Positions 28,426 to 40,350 of a stretch of DNA of 64,000 nt are shown piece after piece. The position numbers were made by a program, and so were the translations under genes. This DNA comes from an uncultured Fibrobacteria bacterium (GTDB lineage: Bacteria; Fibrobacterota; Fibrobacteria; UBA11236): assembly GCA_963716395.1 (NCBI GenBank), contig OY970309.1, positions 2,400,001 through 2,464,000 of the forward strand. The letters are read 5' to 3'. The notes beneath the pieces were generated by a model. That model was given only the letters and a program-made list of their open reading frames with translations. It was not told the DNA's origin and did not search any database. How positions within the stretch are numbered: position 1 is the stretch's first letter; every line of letters starts with the position of its first letter.

Positions 28426-28547
28426 AACCAGCGCCGGGATTCGGAAAATTCCCCGGGATGGCCGGCCCGTTTGCGCGCGCGGAGACGGTTGGGTACGATT
28501 TGCCTCTCCGGTCAACCCTGGGAACGAAGGAGTAACTTTCACACACC

Positions 28548-29108
28548 ATGTCGCAGGCGATCGAGTTAATCCGATCCAAAATCCGGGCCATCCCCGATTT
28601 TCCCAAGCCGGGAATTCTCTTCCGGGATATCACGCCCGTCTGGCAGGACGGGCCGGCTTTCGACGCCTGCCTGGAAATTTTCCGGGAACATTATTCCCGC
28701 CAGGCGCCGCCCGATCCCCGCAGCGGTAGACAACGCGATTTGATCGTGGGCATCGAAAGCCGGGGATTCGTGGTCGGTTCCGCTTTCGCCGCGCGCAATT
28801 CCCTGGGTTTTGTCCCCATCCGGAAGAAAGGCAAGCTTCCCGCCGCCGTCGAATCGCATGAATATCAATTGGAATATGGCACCGATTGCGTGGAGATCCA
28901 TAAGGACTCGATGGAGGCCGGGCAACGGGTTTTCATCATGGACGATTTGCTCGCGACCGGCGGCACCATGCTGGCCGCCATCGAACTCCTGCGCAGAATC
29001 GGGGCGAAGGTCGTGGGCTGCGCCGTGGTCATCGATTTGCCGGCCTTGGGGGGAAGAAAGAAAATCGCAGCTGCCGGCTACGACGTGTTTTCCATCGTGG
29101 AGTATTGA
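28548..29108 (+). CDS. apt: Adenine phosphoribosyltransferase
   Basis: IPDFPKPGILFRDIT, GIESRGF, RKKGKLP, LEYGTD, MDDLLATGGT. Confidence 0.96.
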   Translation: MSQAIELIRSKIRAIPDFPKPGILFRDITPVWQDGPAFDACLEIFREHYSRQAPPDPRSGRQRDLIVGIESRGFVVGSAFAARNSLGFVPIRKKGKLPAAVESHEYQLEYGTDCVEIHKDSMEAGQRVFIMDDLLATGGTMLAAIELLRRIGAKVVGCAVVIDLPALGGRKKIAAAGYDVFSIVEY

Positions 29109-29114
29109 CTTCGC

Positions 29115-29822
29115 ATGGCGCCATCGGTTGTTTGCATCCTCGGCGCCATGGAGGAGGAAATGCGCGAATTCTTCTCCCAGGCCGTCATCACGAACGTCGT
29201 GCGGCACCAAGCTTTTACCATACACGAAGGGACGCTGTTCGGAGTAGCGGCGGTCATGGTCAAATGCGGCGTCGGCAAGGTTTTCGCATCCTTGATCACC
29301 CAATCTTTGATCGACGCGTACCGGCCTTCCGCGATCATTTCCACCGGCGTCGCGGGTGCGCTGTCGGAAAATCTCCGGATCGGGGATGTGGTGGTGAGCC
29401 GGGATTGCGTTCAGCATGACATGGATGCGCGCGCGATCGGCTTCGAGCGGGGAAGAATTCCCTACACCGACTACCGCTTTTTTGCCGCGGATGAAAAACT
29501 GGTGCAACGCGCCCTGTCCTGCCGGCTGGAATCCGCCCGGCATCAAATCGTCGCCGGCCGTATTGTGACCGGTGATCAATTCATCGCCGGGGCCCGGGGC
29601 GAGGTTCTCCGGTATTTAACCGCAGAGCTGAACGGGGATGCCGTGGATATGGAAAGCGCGGCCATCGCCCAGGTCTGTTGCGTGAATGCCACCCCCTTTG
29701 TCTCCATCAGAACCCTGTCGGATAACGCCGATCACAGCGCCCATCTCGATTTCCATAAATTCCTTCCGCTGGTCGCGCAGAATTCCTTTCACATCGTAAA
29801 GCATCTCCTCTCCCCGCCTTGA
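29115..29822 (+). CDS. mtnN: 5'-methylthioadenosine/S-adenosylhomocysteine nucleosidase
   Basis: LGAMEEE, GVGKVFAS, TGVAG, QHDMD, TGDQF, DMESAA, RTLSDNAD. Confidence 0.94.
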   Translation: MAPSVVCILGAMEEEMREFFSQAVITNVVRHQAFTIHEGTLFGVAAVMVKCGVGKVFASLITQSLIDAYRPSAIISTGVAGALSENLRIGDVVVSRDCVQHDMDARAIGFERGRIPYTDYRFFAADEKLVQRALSCRLESARHQIVAGRIVTGDQFIAGARGEVLRYLTAELNGDAVDMESAAIAQVCCVNATPFVSIRTLSDNADHSAHLDFHKFLPLVAQNSFHIVKHLLSPP

Positions 29823-29940
29823 GGCCGGCGGCGATTGCGGTTCCCGGTCAACCTGGGAGCGTGCTTTTCTTCCCCCCACGGGTCGGATACCCCTTCCGCC
29901 GGCAGTTCGCCGCAGGCGCAAGCCCGGTCCATTATATGCC

Positions 29941-29972
29941 TTGACGGGAATATGAAGTATCAAGTATATTCC
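29941..29972 (+). promoter_or_regulatory. Sigma70-type promoter with overlapping inverted repeat (likely ArsR operator)
   Basis: TTGACG (29941), 18-nt spacer, TATATT (29965); ggaatat...atattcc inverted repeat; ATG 6 nt after the -10 box. Confidence 0.65.
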
Positions 29973-29976
29973 TGGC

Positions 29977-30309
29977 ATGGCATCCTCGTTTGCGATCCTG
30001 GCCGAGCCGAACCGCCGGACCATTCTGCGTCTGTTGGCGTCGTCGGAGCGATCCGTCGGCGAGATCGAGCGCCGTCTGCGCCTGCCGCAAACCTCCGTGT
30101 CCAAGCACCTGCGCGTGCTGCGCAACGCCGGCTTGGTCGAGGCGCGGATTGAAGCGCAGCGGCGGGTGTATCGGCTCCGGCCCGAACCGCTCCGCGAGAT
30201 CGACGCCTGGCTGGAGCCGTTCCGGCGCTTCTGGTCGGCGCGGGTCGATGCCCTGGAACGCCATCTCGATCGCATGGAAACGAATTCCCAGAAAGGCAAG
30301 AAACCATGA
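29977..30309 (+). CDS. ArsR/SmtB family transcription factor
   Basis: FAILAEPNRRTIL...QTSVSKHLRVLRNAGLV...QRRVYRL. Confidence 0.92.
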   Translation: MASSFAILAEPNRRTILRLLASSERSVGEIERRLRLPQTSVSKHLRVLRNAGLVEARIEAQRRVYRLRPEPLREIDAWLEPFRRFWSARVDALERHLDRMETNSQKGKKP

Positions 30310-30872
30310 GCCACCGCGAGCACTACGCGCCCGGACCCGCCGCCGGAGCCAGAATCGAAAAAGACGGGGAGAAATGGACGCTCGTTCTGGTCCGCGACCT
30401 GCGCCATCCTCCCGCCCAGGTGTGGGCGGCGCTCACCGATCCGGAGCAACTCCGCCAATGGGCCCCATTCGATTCCGACGCAGATCTCGGCAGTCTTGGC
30501 GTTGCCAAACTGACCACCGTCGGGGCGCCTGGGCCGCATGTCACCGAAGCCCGGGTGAAGCGGGCCGACGCGCCCAAGACGCTGGAATACAACTGGGGCG
30601 ACTTCGACATGCGCTGGGAACTGGAGCCGGCGGAGGGCGAGGGCACGCGCCTCACGCTATGGACCAACATCGATCGCCGCTATATCGCGATGGGCGCCGC
30701 GGGTTGGCAAATCTGCTTTGACGTGCTGGATCGGCTGCTGGCCGGCCGGCCCATCGGGCGCATCGTCGGCCCCGAAGCCATGAAGTTCGAGGGCTGGCAG
30801 CGATTGAACGCCGAATACTCGCAGCAGTTCGGCGTTGAGTTGCCCTCCTGGCCTGCGCGCCCGGGCGCCTGA
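30306..30872 (+). CDS. SRPBCC/AHSA1-like protein
   Basis: RDLRHPPAQVWAALTDPEQLRQW, GTRLTL, AAGW; coupled to ArsR. Confidence 0.88.
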   Translation: MSHREHYAPGPAAGARIEKDGEKWTLVLVRDLRHPPAQVWAALTDPEQLRQWAPFDSDADLGSLGVAKLTTVGAPGPHVTEARVKRADAPKTLEYNWGDFDMRWELEPAEGEGTRLTLWTNIDRRYIAMGAAGWQICFDVLDRLLAGRPIGRIVGPEAMKFEGWQRLNAEYSQQFGVELPSWPARPGA

Positions 30873-30913
30873 GCGGCGTCGGGCATTCGGGTTTTTCACA
30901 ACGGAGACCATTC

Positions 30914-31282
30914 ATGAACATATTATTCTGGGTTCTGCAAGTTCTTCTCGCCCTGCACACCGTCATCGGCGCGATCTGGAAGTTTTCCAATTCCGAGCAG
31001 ACCGTGCCTTCTTTGCACGCCATTCCCCACGGAGCCTGGCTGGCGATGAGCGTCCTCGAGTTGCTGGGCAGCGTGTGCCTGCTCCTCCCGGCCGTCAAAA
31101 CATCATGGGGTATCCTGGCCCCGGCGGCGGCGGTATGGATCGCGGCGGAAATGCTGCTCTTTACCGGTGTGACGCTTTTTTCCGGCGACGTGAATATGGG
31201 CCATATCATTTATTGGCTGGTCGTGGCCGCTTTTTGCGCGCTGATCGCTTACGGCCGCTTGGTGTTGAAGCCGATTCGATAA
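30914..31282 (+). CDS. DoxX-like membrane protein
   Basis: MNILFWVLQVLLA..., four hydrophobic segments, ELLGSVCLLLP. Confidence 0.75.
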   Translation: MNILFWVLQVLLALHTVIGAIWKFSNSEQTVPSLHAIPHGAWLAMSVLELLGSVCLLLPAVKTSWGILAPAAAVWIAAEMLLFTGVTLFSGDVNMGHIIYWLVVAAFCALIAYGRLVLKPIR

Positions 31283-31369
31283 TCACCCGAAATCAAGGCG
31301 ATGGGGTATTGCCGCCGTTACGGGCAGACCTTGCGGTTCCGACGGCGTACGTGCCGGTCGACAGGCGGT

Positions 31370-31927
31370 TCAGGGAATCTTCTTGGCGACGCGATAAAAT
31401 ATGATCCCGTGGGTCGAGAGTAGAATCGGGACCAAAAAGGTCGGCAATAGTATCAACGGGAGATGCGTCAGTGGATCCATTTGCCGCATATCCTTTAAAC
31501 CCAGGCGAATGGCGGTTTGCAGCGCGAATAGAATATCGATGAGGCCGAGGGTGTTCCAGATCAGGATTCTGTTCCAATTTATTTTGGATCGCGAAAACCC
31601 GGAAATGACCAAGACCAAGGCGAAGCACGCGATCAGAATATCTCCGATGCCGCCCGGAATCGCGAAGGCAAACGGCAGTTGCTTTTTGGAAAACAAGTAA
31701 ATGAAATAAATGCCGATCAAGCGGATCCCATGGACGGCGATTAAGCTTCTCAAGGGGATCGTATGGATGAAATCCATGAGGCGTCGGGATCGAAAATACG
31801 CGATCAAGACGATGGCCGTTAAAATTCCGACCGTCATCCCATAAACCGGCGCCGGAGCGTTTTTGATAATTCCCGTCAACCCCACCAAGGTCGCTGATAA
31901 AAACCAGGCCGGAAGAAGGATCTTCAT
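31370..31927 (-). CDS. Hypothetical multi-pass membrane protein
   Basis: Hydrophobic helices; HGIR, PFAFAIPGGIGD, WNTLGLID, LLPTFLVP. Confidence 0.7.
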   Translation of the reverse strand: MKILLPAWFLSATLVGLTGIIKNAPAPVYGMTVGILTAIVLIAYFRSRRLMDFIHTIPLRSLIAVHGIRLIGIYFIYLFSKKQLPFAFAIPGGIGDILIACFALVLVISGFSRSKINWNRILIWNTLGLIDILFALQTAIRLGLKDMRQMDPLTHLPLILLPTFLVPILLSTHGIIFYRVAKKIP

Positions 31928-32030
31928 GGGCGCCTCGATTTTCTTAAAGAAAGGCTGCGGGATTATGCGGAGTAGTTTCTTTCAGGCCGCGTCGCCGCCC
32001 GCCCTGAAATCCTGCGGGTCGAGAGCCGGA

Positions 32031-32480
32031 TCAGGCGCTCTCGGATTTCCACGTTAATAAGTTCGCCTCTAATTTTTCCATTTCCTTTTTATCCAATGTT
32101 TCCCCGAATAAAGGAAAGGAAATTCCATGCCGGTCGTTTTCCAATTTCACTAATGTGGTATAGGAAACCGTGTCTTCCGAGATCGATTTTTCGTCTTTCT
32201 TTTTGTTATCGCCAAAAAAAACTTCCAGGTCGCTTTCGAGTTTTCCCCAATCCCGAATTAATTCTTTTTCCCGGCTCGACAGCTTCAGGGTGCTGATCAT
32301 ATATGTCGAGATTTTGATCCCGATGATTTCCGAGCGTTCGTTTTTAATCCAGTTGTGGTAGATCGGGCTGCGTTTGATGATCTTGTTTACCAGGAAGGCT
32401 TCGCCTTTTATTTCGTAATTGGGTTTTTCTTGAATCGATATAATTAAATACTTGTTCGGCGATTCGATTTTTTCTTTCAT
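32031..32480 (-). CDS. Hypothetical AT-rich orphan protein
   Basis: 149-aa ORF, K/E/I-rich, in locally AT-rich DNA. Confidence 0.55.
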   Translation of the reverse strand: MKEKIESPNKYLIISIQEKPNYEIKGEAFLVNKIIKRSPIYHNWIKNERSEIIGIKISTYMISTLKLSSREKELIRDWGKLESDLEVFFGDNKKKDEKSISEDTVSYTTLVKLENDRHGISFPLFGETLDKKEMEKLEANLLTWKSESA

Positions 32481-32789
32481 CTGCTAATGATAGGAAATCT
32501 GGGCCGCATATTCTTCTTTGACCGCCAAATAGTTGTTGCGCGGCGCTTCTGACCGTATTTCCCGGGATTCTTCCCAACCGGACGCTTTCGGTTGGTGGGG
32601 CGCTGCGAAGACGCGCACGAAATTAATCAACTAGTCGATTTCATCTGAGGTGGTTTTTGCCGCGACACGGTCTCGCCACTCGCCCTCACGATTCCTGGAG
32701 AACAATTCCGGGTTTTGGGCGCGTCGCCTCCCAAAGCCGGGGAAGCGCGCTCCCGCTTGGATCGAGGCCGGGTGACGCTTGTGCGGCGA

Positions 32790-35039
<2,250 letters not shown>

Positions 35040-35131
35040 TCAGGGCTTGACTGGGCGCGCGCTACCCCGGGTTTTTGCGCTCTGGTTGTGCGCGGTGGAG
35101 TGCGGTTAGCACAAAACGAACCGAGTGAACC

Positions 35132-37729
35132 TCATCGGCTCATAACGAATTTCCGCATACAGGCGAGGTTTCCCGAAGTTATCCGCACGAAATAGATCCC
35201 CTCCGGCAGGAATTGATTTGGAATGCTCGCTCGCCCCCCCGAGGACCGCACGGGATCGGACATCCGTTTTCCGAATGGATCGAATATCTGCGCCGTGAAT
35301 TCGAAATTCGCGTTCCAGGAAAATTCCAAGGCCGACGGGGTTTCGCGGAACCGCACGATCTCCAAGCCCGGCGTCGCCGATACGGAGGGATCCCGCACCG
35401 CCACCGATGTCGTCAGTGCTTCGATTTGCCAAGTGCCGGGGTCAACGGAGAATTTGATGTAAAGACTGTCTTCCCCGACCCCGGCAACTCCCATGCTGTC
35501 GGAAAGGAAGAGGCCGTTGCTCCATACGGGCCGGCCGTTCACGACGACTGATTTCCACGTCTGTTTTTTTGGGATTCCAATCAACGCCTTGGTTCCCGTG
35601 GGCGAAGAAAGATGCATGACGAAGCGGTTTGAAGATATTGAATCGCTTACCGAAATATTTCCCCGGACGGTGGATAGAGTCTGGCTGACCGCCGTGAGAT
35701 TGGCCATTTGCGGCAAGACGTGATAGTTGCTCCACCCCGGCGCAGTGGGCGAAACCCCCGCGATGTATTGGGACAAAATGGTATTAGGCGCATTCCAACC
35801 ATGGTTGATGGTGCCGCCCGCCAGCCCGGACCAGACCTCCCATAAGGTCGTGTATTGGGAATTCACCATTTCGGAATAACGGCTTTTCATGCGCGCCAGC
35901 GCCAACGAATCCGATCCCATCAGGGCCAGCGCCTCCAGTACGTGCTTTTCCATGTACGGGCTGGCGAAAGTCCTTTGCTGGAGTACCGTGCGAATGCCCG
36001 GGTAATGCTGCGGTTGCGCAAGCCCTGCCACGACGGCCATGGCATTGGCCCGATCATCGGGGGTCGAAAGGGAACTGGAAAGGAAATATTGGCCGCCGGT
36101 GTTCCAGAAGAGGGGAACGAAATTGGCCTCGATGCTTTTCATGCGGCTGCGGTATCCGGCCGTGTCCGCAGCGTATCCGCTCATCGCCGCCATGGGGATG
36201 GCCGCCTTGAGGGCCAGGTAATACCAGGCATTGTCCAGGATCGGAATATCGATATTGTCGCCCCAATCCCCCCAGTTCCAATCTCCGTCGCGATGTTGGA
36301 CCAGTCCATTCGCACCCATGCTCCAGACACCCAGATACTTCCGCACCGCCGGATATGCGGCGCGGATGGTGGCGGTGTCGCCGGTATTCCAGAAATAACT
36401 CCAGAATCCATACCACCCGACGCTGGCCAACATTTGCTGGGGCAATTCCTCGGTCCAAACCGTCGAGGGCGGCGCGAACAGAGTATTGTCGCTGCGCTGC
36501 CAGGCCGTGAGGGCGGTGATCGATTTGCGGATCAGGGCATTTGCATTGGTGTCCAAGGTATAGAACGTCTCTCCCAACTCGTTGGTTATGTCGCCCCACC
36601 ACAGTCCCCGTTCCCGATCCGGGCAATCGGAAAAATTGTCGAACATGTTGAGGTACAGGGTGCGGCCCGCCATGCGCCAAAGCGTGGTATAGAAAGGATC
36701 GCTGCTGGAAAAATTGCCGGTGAACTCCGCGGGGTAGCCGATCTCCCGGTAACTCAGGGAGTCGATGGTAATACCGGCGGGGATGGTATACTGTACGGTA
36801 TTGCCGCTCATCCACACGAAAGTCTCGAATTCCTGCGTACCCGCCCGGGTGATATATTCCGCCCGCACGGACGGCCCGTCCCCATAATCCAGCCAACCGG
36901 AGTACTGGTCGGTTTGGATATTGATCACCTGTCCGGCCGTCGGCGTGGTGATTTTCAAATACGCCGACACGCGCGCATCATAAGGCAGTTTGCCTTCAAT
37001 CACGCTTCCATTAGAACTCGCCGGAAGCGTGGAAGCATTGGTGTAGGCCTGCAACCCACTGTTTTTCCATTGCGGAAAGGGGCGGAGAATCATGGTATTC
37101 CAGGGAGCCGACGGTGGAATGCCCTTCGTAACGGCCAGGGGCCAAGCGGAGTCATCGTAGCCGGGCTGCTGCCAGTTTTCGATGGAGTTATTCGCAGCGT
37201 TGAAGCGCACATTGAATTCTGGCAAGCGAAAATTCGGTTGACCTCCGGTGGTGGAATTCTCGTATGCCGGATGCACCATCGCCCGCCACGTGGCATCGGA
37301 TCGCACTGCCGTTCCCCCGAAATTTCCGTCGAATAGAAAACCTCCCTTACCGCTGCTATGATGGGAATAGCCGTCTTTCCCCCAATACCAGACCAACGCG
37401 GCGATGGTGTTGGTTCCGGCAGTCAGATAAGGCGCCAGATTTATAGAGTCGTAATACGTACCGCTCGGAAGGTCCCGTTTGAGTTCCCCTTCAAACACAA
37501 CGGGTTTCCCGTTGATCCAAAGCCAGTATTTCGAATCGGCTGCCATGCGCGTGGGCGCGCTGGCGGGCGCGGAATTCAGCGTCACGGTTTTTCGGAAGCA
37601 CATCCAAGTATTCTGCGGACCGTCGGCGGTTTGCCAAATCCAATTCGCCGTCCATTGGGCGTGTACCGTCGTGGAAACGGCGAATATTATACTCAGGGCA
37701 TTTAAGCGTAGTTTGCCCTTATGCGCCAT
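35132..37729 (-). CDS. Secreted GH78-like alpha-L-rhamnosidase with T9SS-type C-terminal domain
   Basis: Signal peptide (VHA-Q); DCPDRERGLWWGD, TTLWE, NHGW; tail LPEGIYFVRI...RKFV. Confidence 0.8.
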   Translation of the reverse strand: MAHKGKLRLNALSIIFAVSTTVHAQWTANWIWQTADGPQNTWMCFRKTVTLNSAPASAPTRMAADSKYWLWINGKPVVFEGELKRDLPSGTYYDSINLAPYLTAGTNTIAALVWYWGKDGYSHHSSGKGGFLFDGNFGGTAVRSDATWRAMVHPAYENSTTGGQPNFRLPEFNVRFNAANNSIENWQQPGYDDSAWPLAVTKGIPPSAPWNTMILRPFPQWKNSGLQAYTNASTLPASSNGSVIEGKLPYDARVSAYLKITTPTAGQVINIQTDQYSGWLDYGDGPSVRAEYITRAGTQEFETFVWMSGNTVQYTIPAGITIDSLSYREIGYPAEFTGNFSSSDPFYTTLWRMAGRTLYLNMFDNFSDCPDRERGLWWGDITNELGETFYTLDTNANALIRKSITALTAWQRSDNTLFAPPSTVWTEELPQQMLASVGWYGFWSYFWNTGDTATIRAAYPAVRKYLGVWSMGANGLVQHRDGDWNWGDWGDNIDIPILDNAWYYLALKAAIPMAAMSGYAADTAGYRSRMKSIEANFVPLFWNTGGQYFLSSSLSTPDDRANAMAVVAGLAQPQHYPGIRTVLQQRTFASPYMEKHVLEALALMGSDSLALARMKSRYSEMVNSQYTTLWEVWSGLAGGTINHGWNAPNTILSQYIAGVSPTAPGWSNYHVLPQMANLTAVSQTLSTVRGNISVSDSISSNRFVMHLSSPTGTKALIGIPKKQTWKSVVVNGRPVWSNGLFLSDSMGVAGVGEDSLYIKFSVDPGTWQIEALTTSVAVRDPSVSATPGLEIVRFRETPSALEFSWNANFEFTAQIFDPFGKRMSDPVRSSGGRASIPNQFLPEGIYFVRITSGNLACMRKFVMSR

Positions 37730-37912
37730 TTGATCCTTCTGGGCCTGATTCCTCGCCGCTCGCCGCGACTTTAGATACAAAACTCGGATGAGGTTTTTTT
37801 GATTTTAATACTCCACAGCTTGTTGCCGGGGAGCCTAATTTTAATCCTAACTTAGCCATTCTGCTTGGCGTTTCAGCCGCTCAGGATGAGCGGACCCATA
37901 CGAAATTGAGTT

Positions 37913-38425
37913 TCATTTTTCCTGATTCCGAAGGCGCGGCAGCAGGGCTTCGAGTTGGCCCAGGCCCACGGTAAAACCTTCTTTGAACCCCATCTTGATT
38001 TGGGCTTCGAGGTGCGCGAGCGAATCGCAGCGGATGTCATTGGTGACCAAGGTGAGGCCGCGGTTTTCGGAAAAGGAATTGACCCATGTCGACCCGGTGG
38101 TGGCCGGATTCACCTTTCCGTTTTCATCGCAAAAGAGGCTCCGGTAGATGAACTTTTTTTGCGGGACGATCTGGGAATAATTCTTCAAAGCCCAATGCCT
38201 CTCGCCTTGGGGGCCGACCATGGCATACAGCCAGCGCCCGCCTTCGGAAAAGTCCATGGATTTGGTTTCCGCCTTCCAGGGCTTGGGCCCCCACCATTGA
38301 TCGAGCAGTTCGGCCTCGGTCCACGCCGACCAGACTAGGTCGAGCGGCGCAGCAAAGGATCGCTCCACCTTGACGGCCAGGTTATCCTGGTCCACCACGA
38401 AATTGAAAATCTTTGCTGCGTTCAT
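37913..38425 (-). CDS. SRPBCC/AHSA1-like protein
   Basis: VERSFAAPLDLVWSAWTEAELLDQWWGPKPW...MGFKEGF. Confidence 0.9.
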   Translation of the reverse strand: MNAAKIFNFVVDQDNLAVKVERSFAAPLDLVWSAWTEAELLDQWWGPKPWKAETKSMDFSEGGRWLYAMVGPQGERHWALKNYSQIVPQKKFIYRSLFCDENGKVNPATTGSTWVNSFSENRGLTLVTNDIRCDSLAHLEAQIKMGFKEGFTVGLGQLEALLPRLRNQEK

Positions 38426-38742
38426 TTTTCCCTCGCTTGCAACCGGGTTAATACGTCGTCCAGTTGGGTGAACCGCCGGGCCGTTAAAGCCTGGAACCGC
38501 TGCAGCCATTGTTCGATGGCGCGCATTTGGCCGGCCCGCAAACGGTATTGGATTTCGCGCCCCTGCTGTTCCTGATGCAACAGGCCGCATTCCGCCAGAA
38601 TCCGGATATGCTTCGAAACGGCCTGACGGCTGGTCTCGAAATGCTCGGCCATGGCATTCGGGGTCATGGTCTGCACGGCCAAGAGCAGGACGATGGCGCG
38701 CCGGGTCGGATCGGCGATGGCTTGGAAAATGTCTCTTCTCAT
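38422..38742 (-). CDS. ArsR/SmtB family transcription factor
   Basis: MRRDIFQAIADPTRRAI...SRQAVSKHIRIL...GREIQY. Confidence 0.92.
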   Translation of the reverse strand: MRRDIFQAIADPTRRAIVLLLAVQTMTPNAMAEHFETSRQAVSKHIRILAECGLLHQEQQGREIQYRLRAGQMRAIEQWLQRFQALTARRFTQLDDVLTRLQAREK

Positions 38743-38763
38743 CCGGCTCCCGGCGGTTAAAGC

Positions 38764-38806
38764 GCAACCGTTCGGTAGCAAATATACATGCAACCAAACG
38801 ATTGCA
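38764..38806 (-). promoter_or_regulatory. Two imperfect inverted repeats (GCAACC-N4-GGTTGC type) flanking a -10 box; likely ArsR operators
   Basis: gcaaccgttcggtagc (38764-38779) and tgcaaccaaacgattgca (38789-38806); TATATT on the minus strand between them. Confidence 0.65.
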
Positions 38807-38880
38807 CAATGCATTTCCGGGAACGCCCCGGCACGCGATGTTAAATCGAGAGGTGGTGAACGTTCTACGGCAACCGCTGG

Positions 38881-39543
38881 TCAGAGGTCAGCGTGTCTTT
38901 GGTGCCGCAGAACCACATGCGCGGCCTTCTCCGACGCCGCGAACTGAACGCACTTATATCCCAAAGTCCGCAGGTCCAATCCCGCGAACAGCCGTTCTCC
39001 CGCTCCGAGTACGACCGGAGAAATGGCAAAGTGCATTTCATCGATGAGGGCTTCACGCAGATACTGCTGTATGGTGTTGGCCCCGCCGCCGATTCTCACG
39101 TCCTTACCGGCGGCGGCCTCGCGGGCCCGATCCAGCGCTTCGTGAATACCGCCGGTGACGAAGTGAAACGTCGTGTTGCCTTCCATCTCGATACTCGGGC
39201 GCGCATGATGCGTCAAGATGAAGATGGGAACGTGATAGGGCGGGTTTTCTCCCCACCAGCCCTGCCAGTTCATGTCGGGCCAGGGACCACGAACCGGACC
39301 AAACATGTTCCTGCCGAGAATCCAGGCGCCCACATTCCGGAAGCCGCGGGCGGCGAAATCTTCGTCCACCCCGGTCGTACCGCCGTCTTTGCCGAACAAA
39401 GCCCGCTGGAAAGTGCGGGTTGGAAATGCCCACTGGTGCAGTTCCGTCCCGCCGACGCCGAGCGGGTTGTCGAGGTCTTGATTCGGACCCGCTCCGAATC
39501 CATCGAGCGAGATGGTGAAGCTTTCAACGCGAACTCGTGTCAT
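38881..39543 (-). CDS. Dihydrofolate reductase / RibD C-terminal family protein
   Basis: TISLDGFGAGP, GRNMF, GGGANTIQQYL, SPVVLGAGERLF. Confidence 0.88.
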   Translation of the reverse strand: MTRVRVESFTISLDGFGAGPNQDLDNPLGVGGTELHQWAFPTRTFQRALFGKDGGTTGVDEDFAARGFRNVGAWILGRNMFGPVRGPWPDMNWQGWWGENPPYHVPIFILTHHARPSIEMEGNTTFHFVTGGIHEALDRAREAAAGKDVRIGGGANTIQQYLREALIDEMHFAISPVVLGAGERLFAGLDLRTLGYKCVQFAASEKAAHVVLRHQRHADL

Positions 39544-39636
39544 CTGTATTCTCCTGTTTTGGTTGACGACTGGGAAATTTTCTTACCGTATGCGCGCAGT
39601 GTGCCGGCATTCCTGCTGCACCGGTTGGATGCAATT

Positions 39637-40350
39637 TCATCTAAGCGCCAGTTCCAGTTTATGCTTTCGTTTTTCCCAATCCGGCATGGCTCTCCTCATG
39701 AATTCATAAAATCTATTTCCATGATCGTGATGCCGTAGGTGGCATAGTTCATGGGTAATGACATAATCGATACATTCCCTGGGCGCGCGCACCAGATCCA
39801 CGTTTAATGTAAGCGTGCCCTTTTTTGACAGGCTCCCCCATCTCTTTTGCAATCGCTTGATGGACAACATAGGCTTCTTAAATGATTTCTTTTCAAAGTA
39901 AGGCCAGCATCGATGCAGGCTTTCTTCGAATTTTTCCTTTGCCCTTGCGAGATACCAATTATCCAGCAAATCCTTGGCTATTCTTGTAGGCAGACCCTGT
40001 TTGACGCACACATGAAAATAACCGTGAGATAGCTTCAAGTCATTCGACGTACCGAGGGCAATCTTCAGCCGGTACTGCCTGCCAAGATAGAGGTGCGTTT
40101 CGCCACCGATGTATTTCCGGCTTGGAGTTCTTGGATTAAACTGTTGGAAATAACGCTGCTGTCGTCGAATCCAGCCGGCCCGCTTGATTATTCTTTTTTT
40201 GACTTCTTCAACTTTTGTTCCAATCGGAGCTTTGGCCATTACCGAGCAATCGGGGTGAACCGCGATTTCCAAGGTTTTTCTAGTGGCATAGATTAAGTTA
40301 AACGCGATTTCCTCTTTGCCGTACCAAACGGAATGCCTTATCGAAGTCAT
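39637..40350 (-). CDS. YgjP-like/M48 family zinc metallopeptidase associated with type I RM
   Basis: GETHLYLGRQYRL, RWGSLS, DYVITHELCH, HDH; ATGA overlap with the hsdR stop. Confidence 0.88.
   Translation of the reverse strand: MTSIRHSVWYGKEEIAFNLIYATRKTLEIAVHPDCSVMAKAPIGTKVEEVKKRIIKRAGWIRRQQRYFQQFNPRTPSRKYIGGETHLYLGRQYRLKIALGTSNDLKLSHGYFHVCVKQGLPTRIAKDLLDNWYLARAKEKFEESLHRCWPYFEKKSFKKPMLSIKRLQKRWGSLSKKGTLTLNVDLVRAPRECIDYVITHELCHLRHHDHGNRFYEFMRRAMPDWEKRKHKLELALR

Noticed and set aside
28508-29861. Imperfect direct repeat ccggtcaacc(c)tggga.cg at 28508 and 29844 flanking apt-mtnN
   Set aside because: Short, gapped and only two copies; compatible with chance in GC-rich DNA.
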